A stretch of DNA of 62,922 nucleotides, filler included, from Conidiobolus incongruus B7586 (GCA_000697335.1; 5 parts of 5 records of this genome joined end to end with filler, not necessarily neighbours in it), one strand, 5' to 3'; positions 24,701-38,957 are shown, counted from the whole stretch's first letter. Notes: a model not told the origin generated them from the sequence alone. Translations and numbers: made by a program.

Positions 24701-27026
24701 AAATTAAATTTATTCAATATAATTTATAATGATTATTGAAAATCTAAATTTAGTCCATCATATATTAATTCCTTGTCAAATTGTTAATAAACACCTCTTA
24801 TTCCTTTTTACATATTTAATTAAATTAATTAATGATTTTTATTTCACTATATCATTATGTATAAATCAAATAATATATTCTTGAAAACTTAATGCTCTTA
24901 TTTAAATTGCTAAAGTTATCAAGGTTTCAAAATGCATAATTTATTTATTCTATCATATTAATTTTACAGATATATTGAGATATATTAGATATTTCTTTAG
25001 ACATCCGAGAGCAATAAATCTGCATTGCCATTATATCTTCTATATTTTAATATTTAATTTTCAAATTAATTTTTGTAAACATTCTTTTCATGAAAATATA
25101 TATTAAGAATTTAATTTATTAAGCATATCATTACTCATATTGTCATAAACTTGGCTCGCTTAGTTGATATCGCAACATAGCTTAATTTTAATTTTATCCA
25201 TATTTATTAAAGTCTAAATATAGTTTATTCAACAATACTATGTTTCTATCCCAAGTTTGATATTATTTCATGTGAAATCATTTTATCTCTTTTTTTTTGC
25301 AAATTATACTTGGTAAATTTGTAAATATATCATGGATTACAAATAATTTTAAGCACATATAAAACATTCAATAGTATTCTTAAAAATATTAAGTAATAAT
25401 AAAATAAATCAAACATAGAAATTGAAAATAATAATAACTTATTATCATAGTATATATTATCTTTATATTCAATCCAATTACAAAGATTTTATATAGATTC
25501 AAAGTGGCAAACCTGAAAAGGTTCATAATTTTTAGTGATTTAGATGAATCTATTAAATTAATTCCAAATTTAAACAATCTTAGACTTTAAATAATTTTTT
25601 AAATATTTGTTTAATAAAATGATATATTCTGTCTTTAATCCAGTTCAGATTGATAAATCTTATATTATAGTTATGCTAATTTACTAACATAGAACAAAAT
25701 TAACTTGAATATTAAATTCTAAGTTGAAGATAATTAAATATTTAAATAATTTTAAAAATTTACAAATTTTGTTAGTAAATGTATGATTAGAGGATACAAA
25801 TCGATCTTATAAAACTTTAGTTCAATTTTGATAATAAATTAATTTCTCTATTAAAGAATTTCTCATTCATAAATATGATATTGATGGAGAATAATCCTGT
25901 CAATTACTCAAGAAACTCCGATTACCGCAGGATTCAAGAAGTCACATTGGAGATATCACACCCCATGAACTAGTTGATCCTATTACTTTCCGCCCGTAAG
26001 TCATTCATGTCCACAAAAATCAACAATGGAACCTAATATAAGATTATCACAAGCAAACTAATAAACACATCTTCTATCTTCATTTTCAAAAGTATACCGT
26101 CTCTAAGTTTTTCTCGTAACCCTCACAAAAGTGTTGAGTCGTGACGAGCGTGAGATATTTACTTTATTCAAAGAACCCGATTCGTAACAAGTCATCTTCA
26201 CCTACTTTGGTGAACCCCAATAATTTCCCTTAATTACGTGGTAATTTATCGTTTACCACTGGCGATTCCCCGTTTAAGCTCGTAAAGCCCATTGTTGTCA
26301 GTGTTAACACCCGACAATATACATTTGATATAGTTAAATGAATTGAATGTAACAAATTTAAAGAGTCGTCAATATCATATGGGTTAGTGATATTAATTAA
26401 AGTTTATAGATGGGGTTATATAACTAGGTAATGGGCTTTTCGATATTTGAAATATTTAAAAATATGAAAATCATAAGAAATATCTTCAAATTGAATTTTT
26501 ATTGGTTTAAATTTGAAAATACTAAAACAAAATAATTACATTTAAATTTAATAATTTACTAATAAATATCCTATTTTTTAACATATTACAGATACGATAT
26601 TAAGTTATTATTGAAATATGTTGATCTATTTCATATTTTGGTATGATCATATGCGATTATCCGGGCAAGCTTGTATAGGGTTTTAAATCTTGAAAAAAAA
26701 TTTTAAAATTTAAGTCATATTTTCTTATGGAGTTAGAGAAAAATGCCTTTAGAATATATGTAATATTTATTCTTATTAAATAATATTATTCAAAAACATT
26801 ATACTGATATAATAAACTATGCAACTCTGCTAATAAATGGAACATAATCTTTGTCCAATCAAATCAATAGCCACATTAATTCATTACCGGTTCTTGGCTG
26901 AAGAAATTTTTTTTGTGATATATAAATTAAAGAGTCCAAGTTGTAAAACTCAAAATAAAATTTGAAATATTAATCTTAAGATCTTCAATTGCATTAAATC
27001 ACCCTAGGTTAATTTTGTCTCTTTAA

Positions 27027-27111
27027 TGCTGTGATCGTTGCAAAATCGCTTTACATTTGATAAGAATTTAAACAATGTAATGATTGTAATAAGAATATCC
27101 CTTGTACTTTG
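27027..27111 (+). pseudogene. Decayed Zn2Cys6 DNA-binding domain relic
   Basis: With two frameshifts it reads CCDRC..NRFT(F)DKNL.QCNDCNKNIPCT, which aligns to CDRCRKHRIRCDRNPSQCHHCKRKNVNCT of the intact factor. The third Cys codon is TTT. The full extent of the relic is unknown. Confidence 0.5.
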
Positions 27112-27759
27112 GCTGAATGTTCTTAAATGCTGCGATCCTAAGACCTAGGTGGATGAAATGGTTGAATATAGTGAATCAGGCTTAGTAACTAATCAATAAA
27201 AGATTCAAAAAGCCCTATCCTATCTAAAACAAATATTTACACATACTATCATCAGCTAGTCACAATAATACAAATACTAGGATTATCAATTAGCTGCTTA
27301 ACGAGTGAGACATATTTGAACTATCTAATACTATTAGACTTATTACTTTATTCCATTCATATTCCTGTAGAATCTGGTAATATTAATATGAATTCATTGG
27401 TTTATCTCCTTCAATTCAATTCCTTGTTAATCAATGGTAAAACATTTATTCCATCATATTAATTAAAGAATAATTTAACAGAAATTAAACTATTTACTTT
27501 GTAAACTTTAATCAGATATTAAATTCCTTTAAATGATTGTTCAATTAATTAATAATTTGGTATATATAATATTTATGAGCAAGAATGAGCTAAACAAGTT
27601 ATCATCTTATTTTAATAAGACCAAATTATTAAATAAATTTTATTCTATACTCAATCTTCTAAATTTAATATATATTAACGATATTTGTGAATAATATTTC
27701 TATATCTTTTTAATTGTTAACGAACAAAAATGTCAAATTCTTTGGCTTTGGACCTTCTA

Positions 27760-28802
27760 AATATATTTTTAATTTTCTAAAATAAATTATACTTAAAATA
27801 AATAGAAGAATTTATATTTTCACACTATATATATTGATTTATAATAATTTTCCTATTTAAATATTGATATTTAAAATGATACTGTGAATTTTAATTTTAT
27901 TTAAACTAGAGGGTGATAATAAAATATTCTTATTTTAGTATTATTAAATTTAATCACAAACCCTCTAAAAATATTTAATATTATAAAATTACTTATTAAA
28001 ATAAATTAATTAAAACTCTCAATTATTATTTTATTAATCACTTTACAACTAGAAAGGATATTATTCTAAATTTCCCAAGATATAATAAAATAATCTTTAT
28101 TATTTTAGTGAATATTAAATAAAAAAAATAATTTAAAAAACATCTGATTAATTTAAAAAAATTATCAAAATAATTAAATATTAGTAATATAGGTAGATTA
28201 TATATATTAAAGCTTTATACTTAGTTTGTTTATTAAAATTACTTAATTGATATATTATAATTTAAATAAAGTTTAAAAGAAATCTAAACTATTTAAATTA
28301 CTAAAATATATCTAAGAGAAAAAATAATTATATTGAAATATTATAATAAATAAATTATAAATTCCTTTTTATAATTTTTTACCAAAAAATAAAACAGAAT
28401 ATTTTATTTGGTTAAAATAACCCTTTTTATAAATTCCAATAAATTCTTAGTTAAATCAATTAATATTAAATAATTTATTAAATTATTATATAGTATTAAT
28501 CTTTATTTAGTCCTTAAAAGTGAAATAGTTAATAATAAGTTATATATTCTTATTTTAATGAATTTTTAATATAAGTTTTTATTATAAAATCAAAATTATA
28601 ATATTTTAAAAAAATTGATTTAAAATAATTTAAGTTATATAATATTTAATTATAATTAAACTTAAAAATATTATAAAATTTAAAATATTTACCAGACCAA
28701 AATATATTTAATAGTAATTTCTGTATATAAATTATTATTTTTTAAAAAAATTAAATTATTGAAATAATTAAATTAATTTATCAAAATTTAAGTTTTTAAT
28801 AA
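27760..28802 (+). mobile_element. Heavily decayed mariner copy, cut by the contig end
   Basis: Collinear similarity to 16869-18147, e.g. AATCACAAACCCTCTAAAA vs AAACATAAATCCTCTAAAA and TTTATTTAGTCCTTAAAAG vs TTTATTTAGTTCTTAAAGG. Start is approximate. Confidence 0.6.
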
Positions 28803-28902
28803 NNNNNNNNNNNNNNNNNNNNNNNNNNNNNNNNNNNNNNNNNNNNTTAATTAATTAANNNNNNNNNNNNNNNNNNNNNNNNNNNNNNNNNNNNNNNNNN
28901 NN
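28803..28902. other. Artificial contig linker N44-TTAATTAATTAA-N44
   Basis: An identical 100-bp construct occurs four times. The 12-mer gives stops in all six frames. Confidence 0.97.
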
Positions 28903-29290
28903 CTTAATTAGTGTTTTTAATATAATTTAATAAAACCTATTATTTTATATAATAATTATAAAATATATAAAGTTAAAATTATAAAATATTTCCTAATTAA
29001 AAAAAATAGAATAGAATATTATATTTTGTATATTCTTTAAATTATAACTTATGTAATTATAATTATTTTTGATAATTAAAAACTAGCTTATAAAAAAATT
29101 TATTAGTAAATTTAATTAGTTTGTAATAAAAAAATTATTCTTTAAGTATTAGAACTTTGCTAAAAATATAAAAAAAGTTGTTAAAAATAAAAAATAATTA
29201 ATTTTATATTATATATTGATTTTTATATTTTATATATTAAAATATTTATTTTTTCAATTATGAAAAATTTAAATTATTTAAATTTTTAAG
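28903..29290 (+). mobile_element. 3' fragment of a decayed mariner copy
   Basis: Matches 17753-18147 (GTATATTCTTTAAATTATAAC) and ends in the terminal TTTTTCAATT...AAGTA. It repeats a transposase segment already present before the linker, so it is a separate copy. Confidence 0.75.
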
Positions 29291-29911
29291 TAATATTAAA
29301 AAAAATTATAAATTTAGAGACAAACAGATAAATCAAATATCAATCAGCATACTTCTATAGTTGTTCAATCTAACCTCCTAATATTCCTTTTATTAATAGT
29401 ACATTAACTCCAAAGTATGTGGCAATAACTGAACAATAAGATTGGCTATCAAAAGCTTTAGTTTATAATACTGAAAAATGATGATATTAAGTAATTCCAA
29501 TGCATTGGCTTGGTTTTAATTTTGGATTCTTTATTTTGTTATAAGTTTGAAGAAGCAGACATTATTTTTATGATACTAATAGTGAATATTACAATGTATA
29601 TGTGAATGTGAGTTTACACTTAACACTGAAAATATGTCTATGAGTTATCTCATGTTGAATTAAAGCCATTATTTCATTAAATATTATATATTAATCTCAA
29701 AGCTTTTGTACACAATATAAAATTGTAATTATCACTATTGATATACAAATATTTGATTTGAAGGATTGATTAGTGTTTATTATTGAAATTTTTATTAATA
29801 ATTCAATTTTCTATAATTAATTGTGAATTAAATTTTTCAAATAATTTCATTATCAAATCATAGCATAAATAAATCTTCAATTGTTAATAACAAAAATTAT
29901 TATTATTATTA

Positions 29912-31222
29912 CTCTATATTATTAATAATGGGAATTTTTTGTGATTAAAAATAAATAAACATTTGAATATATAATATATAAAAATAAATATATAATATAA
30001 ATTTAATAGTTTCTTTTATTATTAATAACTTTTTGTTATATTTTTAGTAAACTTCTAGCACCTAAAAAATAATTCTTTTTATTAAAGACTGAAATTTGAT
30101 ATTTTATAAACTAATTAAATTTTCCTGTAGAAATTTTCTTTTTTTCAAGCTGGTTTTTTAATTGCCTAAAGCAATTATAATTACATAGGTTATAATCAAA
30201 GGAATATACTAGATGTGGTAGTTTTTTCCAGTTATTTTTAATTAGAAAGTTTTTTACAACTTTAGATTTATGTATTTTGCAATTATCATGCAAAATAATA
30301 AGTCTTCTCAAATTATATTGAGAACACCAATTAGAAATACTTTTATTTAAAAAAGTAATATATAGTTTACTGTTAATTAATTTTCTTTCAAGAACTAAAT
30401 AAGAATAGCATATACTATTATAATCTATTATAATAATTAATATTTACTTATTAACAAAATGTTTATTTAAAGGGATTTGTGGAAAAAGTTGATTTAGCTT
30501 AATCTAGCATTTTGATTTGTGTTTTAGTAAAGGATTATACATAGGGATTTAAGATTCATCAATTATAATTATTTACTGTAAAAGTTTAGGCTTCTAGTAA
30601 TATTTCAATAGGTTTTGTTTAGTAATAGCTACTCTAACTTTTTTTAAGCTTTAGTTAAATTATAAGGTATCTATTTTATATTTTTATTTATTAATTTTAG
30701 TTTAAACTTTAAAATATATAAAATACTTGTAAAACTAATATTAAAAAGCTTAGATAATTCTTTAGCTGAAATAAAAAGGTGCTTTTCAATATATTTTTTC
30801 ACTCTATTTATAATTGAAAGAGTAATAGTTAAAGTTGGTTTTCTAGATTTTAGCAGGTTTTGAATAGTTTCTCTCTTAACCTTAAAGTAATTTACCTAGC
30901 AATAAATTGTTAATTTAGATAATACTTTATTACCAAAAGCTGCTTGTAAATTTTAAATAATTTTAGAGGGTTTATGGTTAAGTTTTATTAATACCAAAAT
31001 AAAAAACTTTTGATGATCACTATTTAGTTTAAACATGATTAAATTAAACAACCAATTTTAAAAAGTTAATTTTTTAATCAAAAAAACTAATATATATATA
31101 TATATATATACATTAAAAATATATAATTTCCTATTAACTTTGTATATATCTATTTATTTCAAACTAATAATATGTTTGAAAAATCAGAAATTAAAAAATT
31201 TCCCATTATTTCAAATTCAAGG
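29912..31222 (-). mobile_element. Full-length but inactivated mariner (DD34D) DNA transposon, about 1.31 kb
   Basis: TIRs TAC...AATAATGGGAA at both ends with TA flanks. Remnant LIILHDNCKIH...WKKLPHLVYSFDYNLCNY (ORF 30111-30311). A (TA)n tract sits at the same 5' position as in 16869-18147. Confidence 0.85.
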
Positions 31223-31647
31223 TAATATTATTAAATAATTTAATATTCAACAGATTATTAAAATAATCTACACAATCATTTCAATTGAATTTGAAATATT
31301 CTATCTGAGAATTTTATCACAAATTTTAATATTACATCTAGGTATAGATATATAGCCAAAATGGTTCTTTTGATTGTCAACAATTATCTTAATTGCATAG
31401 AATGTAAACAATTGATATATAATTTACAGTAAAATTAAATTTAAACTGAAATCTTTTATATAAATAAAAATAGGATTAGATAACATTCAATTTTTTTTCA
31501 ATATTTTATTTTTAATTTCAAATAATAAAAAAATTAATTGGAAATGATATTAATTGAATTTTAAATTAAAAAATGTTATTATTTATTAAGAGTGAAAAAA
31601 ATATTAAACAAAATATATCTCTATCAAAAAGTAATCAAAATTGAAAA

Positions 31648-33835
31648 TTATTCAGACACAAGTGAAAAATACTGTCTGAGAGCGTCCGACAATACATCAG
31701 GTAAATGATCCACATTCCTAAGGACTGTGTAGAACTGGAATGGGAATGTCTGGAGGTAGGGTACAATCTTCATACCTTGGAGACCAAAAGTATCACCAGA
31801 GTCAGAAGAATCTGTGAACTCGATGGAGGTCAAATCGGTAATAGAGCTACCCTCCTTATTGTCGATGATGATAAACAAGACGATCACTTTGTTTTCTTGT
31901 GCCATTCGGAGATAAGGCTCCAAAGCCTTCTTGTCGTCGCACACAGCATCAGACAGAATGATTTGAAGTTGCCAGAGGTCGGACGAACTCTGGTTGGTTT
32001 GGGTCTGGCGTGCGTGTTGGAATGCGACCAAAGTTTCTTTCAAGAGCGAAACAATATTAGTCTGTTCTTGACGGAATGAGAATTGCGTGATGATATTTGC
32101 ACCGGATTCGGACGTGAGTGGAGCACTGAATGGATGGACGATATCTACACCATTACCGAATTTGGTCACAGCGACTTGACCGACTTCGAGCTGAGTCAGA
32201 GATTTACATACGAGTGCGAGTGCTTCGAAGGTAAGTTGGATAGTGTGGGGATCACTCATGGATTTGGAGTCGTCCACGGAAATCATCACTTGATACTGAC
32301 GCTTTGAAGGCTTGGTACGCCTGAGCCAGATCTTGTCCTTCTTGAAATCGGAAGCAATGTAGGGAATGATCTTCTTCATATTCAATCTCTTACCAGTGCG
32401 ATAGTCTCCCTTGAGCTTGGTGGCTAAAGTAGGTTCTAAAATGAGACGCAACCTGCTCTGTCAAATTCAAACTGAGGTCGTGTGTGACGGTATCGTAATG
32501 ACGCCAAATCTCTCTAAGCTCCGAAGGCTCTTGCGTTTGCGTGAACTTGTAGATTTGTTCTTCTATCTTTTGACGGTACTGTTGCACTTCCTCTTCGGTT
32601 AGAGCAGTTCTAGCAATTTCGTGAATGTTGTCGTTTTGGTCGAGATTGTCAATCATCGTAGAAGTGGCTGTGGGCTTGGAAGTGATATTGTTTGTTAACA
32701 AATCGGGGAGTTGAGCGTTTTGGGAAACGATCTGATCATTCACGGGGGGTTGGGTTGATTCTTTTTCTGGTTCGATCTCGGCATCTTGAGGGAGTGTCAA
32801 AGAATTCTTGAATTGATCTTCGTTGGCAGCTCCCACGGCTTTGCACTTCATTCGACTCCTTATCATCCTGAATGTACTCATAAGTTTGCTCGGCACTGTC
32901 GTCGATAGGCATAGCTTCAGCTTCAGCTTGATCATCTCTTTGCTCAAGTTCATCAGTATTAGGATCATTGACTTCGAGAGTCTTTTTGAAGTTTTCAAGA
33001 CTTTCGGCTAGCTTACGATTGAGATTGATTTCTTCCATTGTTTGCTTCTCTTGCTCTTGCTCTTGCTCTTGAGCATTAGGCTCGCCTTGGTTTGGTTGAG
33101 CGGAAGCACCTGGTTGCATGCTATCGATTTCATCATCATTGGGTATAGACTTAGGCTGAGGTTGAGATTGAGAGGTAGATGATTGAGTTTCCAATTGCTC
33201 GAAAGGGTTACCCGAATTGTCAGCATTAACTTGACCAGATTCGCCCCTGACACCTTGAGTGTCGTTGTTTTGCTTGTTATCGGACGGGGCTTGCTCTTCA
33301 GTTTCAGCCTGCATGTTCTTCTGGTCATCTTGCATAATCGAGGGATCTTTGTCTTGAGTAAACATATCTTGTTCATCCTCATCTTCCTTTTCCTCTTCAA
33401 CCTCATCCTCTTGCTCTTCTTCAGGTTCTTCACCAACAGTTTCGGGATCGTTTCGAAGTTGATCAACTTGATTGGAATCATCCTGATCTTGATCATTGTC
33501 ATCATTTTGGTGGTCTGGATGAGATTCATTGATATCCATCTCAGTGTCATCTTCTTGATCCTCATCAGCAATATCTTGATCAGCGTTCATATCATTTTGA
33601 TCATCTTCTAACTCCATTTCATTTTCGTCATTTTCATCAACGTCCATATTCTCATCGTCGTCGTTGGTATCGTCCATTTCCATCTTGTCGTCTAGATTAA
33701 AATCTAAGTTATCCTCCTGATCGGATATATCCATTTGGTTGTGGTCCTTGAGTTGAGTTTCATCATCAGAAACGTCCATAGGATCGTCGACATCCATATC
33801 TTGATTGTGGTCGTTTTCTTGATCACTTAACTCCA
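31648..33835 (-). CDS. MDN1: Midasin (Rea1/Mdn1) C-terminal part: acidic D/E tail plus VWA/MIDAS domain; 5' truncated by the contig end; two single-base frameshifts
   Basis: LTEQLRLILEPTLATKLKGDYRTGKRLNMKKIIPYIASDFKKDKIWLRRTKPSKRQYQ, MIDAS DDSKSM, FPFQFY, LSDALRQYF. The three ORF-track pieces join if one base is removed at about 32841 and one at about 32452. Confidence 0.93.
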
Positions 33836-33935
33836 NNNNNNNNNNNNNNNNNNNNNNNNNNNNNNNNNNNNNNNNNNNNTTAATTAATTAANNNNNNNNN
33901 NNNNNNNNNNNNNNNNNNNNNNNNNNNNNNNNNNN
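33836..33935. other. Artificial contig linker N44-TTAATTAATTAA-N44
   Basis: Same 100-bp construct. Confidence 0.97.
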
Positions 33936-34694
33936 TTAAATATTTTTAATATTAATTAAAAATTATTTAAAGTTTTCCCTTAATTAAAAATATAAATAAT
34001 TTAAATTTTATATTTTATTTTTATAAGCTAATATATTCCTATTTAGTATTTTTTTATATTAAAATATCAGTTTTTTATATAATAATTATAAATAAATATC
34101 TATGATTAAAAATAAAGGAAATTAATTATTTAATATTTTTAAGAAATTATAATAATTTAATCCTTAAGTAATAATAAATTAATTAATAATAATAAACTAC
34201 ATATTAATAGTTAATCCTTGTTTTATTAGGTTGTTGATAAAATATCTATAATAAATAATATCAAAATAAAATTCTATATATAACTTAAATATATATATAT
34301 AATTAATAATAGCAAATTATTTGATATTTTTAAAATTTATATATTATAAGGCTAAAGCCATAAAGAATTTTGCAAATAAATAAAAAAGAGAAAAACCACC
34401 ATATTTAATATATTCACTAGATTATAACCTATATAATTAGAATTGCTTTAGGCAATTAAAAAACATATATAATAAAAAAGATTTCTATAAATATATTTAA
34501 TTAATATATAAAATATCAAATTACAGTCTTTAAAGAAAATTATTTAAGTGTTAGCAATTTACCCAAAGTATTACAAATAGTTAATAATATAAGAGAGTAT
34601 TTATTTTAAATTGTTTAATTATTTACATGTATTATATATTAAAAAATATATTCAATTTTGTTTTTAAAATTTTGTTGTTATTAAATTTCTATAG
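33936..34694 (+). mobile_element. 3' part of a decayed mariner copy
   Basis: 34330-34600 matches the PYSPD region and transposase end (CCATATTTAATATATTCACTAGATTATAACC...TTTAGGCAATTAAAAAAC). It ends in a TIR-like ...TATAG-TA. Homology left of 34330 is less clear. Confidence 0.65.
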
Positions 34695-35004
34695 TAATAT
34701 TAAATTAAAAATATAATCAACTATACTCAATACTGTATAATTTTAAATAATATTTCAATAATCATCTTATATAGATATTATATTACATATAACAAAAAGA
34801 CTATTATTTCTTATTTTATTCAAAACTAATTATATAATATATACTGTTATTAAATAATATGTTTTAATTCGATAATCAAATGATAAATTCCCAATCCCAT
34901 AAATCAAAAACCAAATTGAAACTATAAGTAATATTTAGGTCTAATCAACCAACTGACAACAATGAAATAACAAAAAAATAACCACAGTCATAATAATAAT
35001 AACA

Positions 35005-36709
<1,705 letters not shown>

Positions 36710-36796
36710 TAGTAGTGTAGTTTTATTCAAAATAAAAAATTATTTTAATATAACATAGATACAAACTCTTCAATAATAATACATTATAATTATCAA

Positions 36797-37132
36797 TTAA
36801 CCTCGGTTTTTGTTTAACACATTCTAAAAAATTAATTAGTATTGATTAAGCTGAATATGGTGTATAATACTTACTTCCAATACGCTGTCAACGTGCTCAG
36901 GTTGCAAAGTATTCGAATTATAGGTACTCTTACTCTCGAGTTTAGCTTCATCGACTAATTGTTTTAGGAATAGAATATAATTTAAATATACCTAATTATG
37001 ACCAATCAATACCAATATTATAACATAAATTAATTAAAATACCATAGTTTCAGCTTTTTTGGTCAGATGTAAATTGGGCTGATGTTTCTTTAAACATTTT
37101 CTCAACCTGCTAGTTGGGTAAACGTATTTCAT
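36797..37132 (-). CDS. CENPW: Centromere protein W (CENP-W/Wip1), histone-fold, 77 aa; exons 37132-37043, 36991-36875, 36823-36797
   Basis: Spliced product MKYVYPTSRLRKCLKKHQPNLHLTKKAETMVYLNYILFLKQLVDEAKLESKSTYNSNTLQPEHVDSVLENVLNKNRG. It matches the CENP-W pattern as I recall it (P..L....K...P.L.L....D.L.HLN.LLF...LA.E......I..EHV......LKK.RG). Two 51-nt phase-0 GT-AG introns. Not in the ORF track. Confidence 0.85.
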
Positions 37133-38957
37133 TTTGAATTAATTTAGGACTTTGTTATATTCCAATTATATAATCCTAAGTATTGTTTATGGGACTCGAT
37201 TTGAATAAATCATGAATTTAATAAACTGAATTTTTAATTTTTAATTAATAGTAATTAAGAAAAATTTTTTTCAAGCCTTGTTATATATTTTTTATAAATT
37301 AAAATAAAATTATGATTTCAATTAAATTAATTTCTCAATTATTTAATATATATATATATATATTTCAATTTATTACAAATATCTTTTTCTTCAATAATTT
37401 TTGTTCACTTTTTGATTACAAAATTGTTGATCTTATAATAAATATTTCGCAATAATTTTCAGTCATTATATTATATAATATAATAAATTTGAATAAATTA
37501 TAAATAAATAAATGATTCATTCCTGTTTTCATTTTTACTTCTAATTTTATCTATAAATTATTATTAAAACATTTCAAAGTTTTTTCGAGTTGGGCTTATT
37601 TCAATTTTTAATATGGCTTTAAAGAAAATTGTCAAATATTAAGTTTATCAATATTTTTTATTACTGTAACTATTAAAAATCATTCATCATAATGTGGTAA
37701 TTCATAAATGGAGATAAATAATTTTCACTATAGTGTAATATTAAGGCTCATTGATATTAAAGAGATTTTATTCAAACATTGTTTAATTTTAAAATAATTA
37801 TTGATAAAATTTTAAATTTAGAATAGATATTTTGATATTAATAAATATATTAGTCATTAGTGTATATCATATATATATATATTTATAATTCCATAACCTT
37901 ACAATCATCTATCAGAATCGACGATAACTGCTTCATATTTCAAACGAAATCAAATATTCTATATAACCTAAGATTATTTTTTTTCACAGATTTTCATCAA
38001 TTTACTTTCAAAATTATACTATTTTGATTGTGTAAAATTGCTGGTATTTCAAAGAAAATGCATATGATAATCATTGAATTATTTGTAATATAATTTGTAA
38101 CTATTATTATAGTTATTAGATCGGATGTATATATCACTACATTGTTAGTATAATAACACTTATGCGACTATATATCTTATCAATCATAATCATTTTAGGT
38201 TTTCAATATAAATTTAGTAATAATATTTCATAAAACCCTTATTTCATCCTAACAATACAAATATTTACTTATTCGAATCTTTTTTTTGAAATTATAAATA
38301 TTTTTATTATTGACACTCTAAAATCAACAATTTTTTTATTTATTTTATTAATAACTTATATAAAATATAAATTTAAATGGTTATATTTAAGCTCTATTAT
38401 ATAGCACAACTTATGATTCCAAATTATAATCCTTATAATATCAAATATCAGTATATAGATATTCAATACTATATAACTGATAATTTTATCAAATCTGTTA
38501 TGATTAACTATGAATCATCATCATACCACTGCAATCCAAATTAATTAAAGAGAAATATTATTGATCAGGTTTCAATTACTGTGTCAATTTATGTGAAAGG
38601 ATTACAAGATTAATTATAAGCAGCATTATTGACTATAGATACTCGGATTATCAACGAATTTTAGGTTTTAGTATATAATATTATAATATCTTAAGATATA
38701 TATAACAATTATTTTAACTGTAGGTTTTAATATTATCAATAAGTTGAAATTGTTTATTTTGTCGGTTTTGGGTTAAAAATTTAATTCAGCAAACAATTCA
38801 TAATTTGGTGAACAATTTAAAAATTATTATTTTGCTTACCTTAATAATGAAATGACGGTTTTTGTACAATATTTTAAAGATTATTGCAATATAAATAGAT
38901 GAGAGAATATCACGGTAGACTTATTTAATATTGATTTTTTAAGGAATTAATATTAAT

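Noticed and set aside
26114..26126. GTAACCCT as a telomerase RNA template
   Set aside because: It is only a partial match to a TTAGGG template with no alignment repeat, and the telomere sequence is unknown.
28847..28858. Palindromic TTAATTAATTAA repeated four times as a biological site
   Set aside because: It is always centred in 44+44 Ns, so it is an artificial six-frame stop linker.
31705..33611. Overlapping ORFs on both strands within midasin
   Set aside because: They are shadow frames of a GC-richer, low-complexity coding region.
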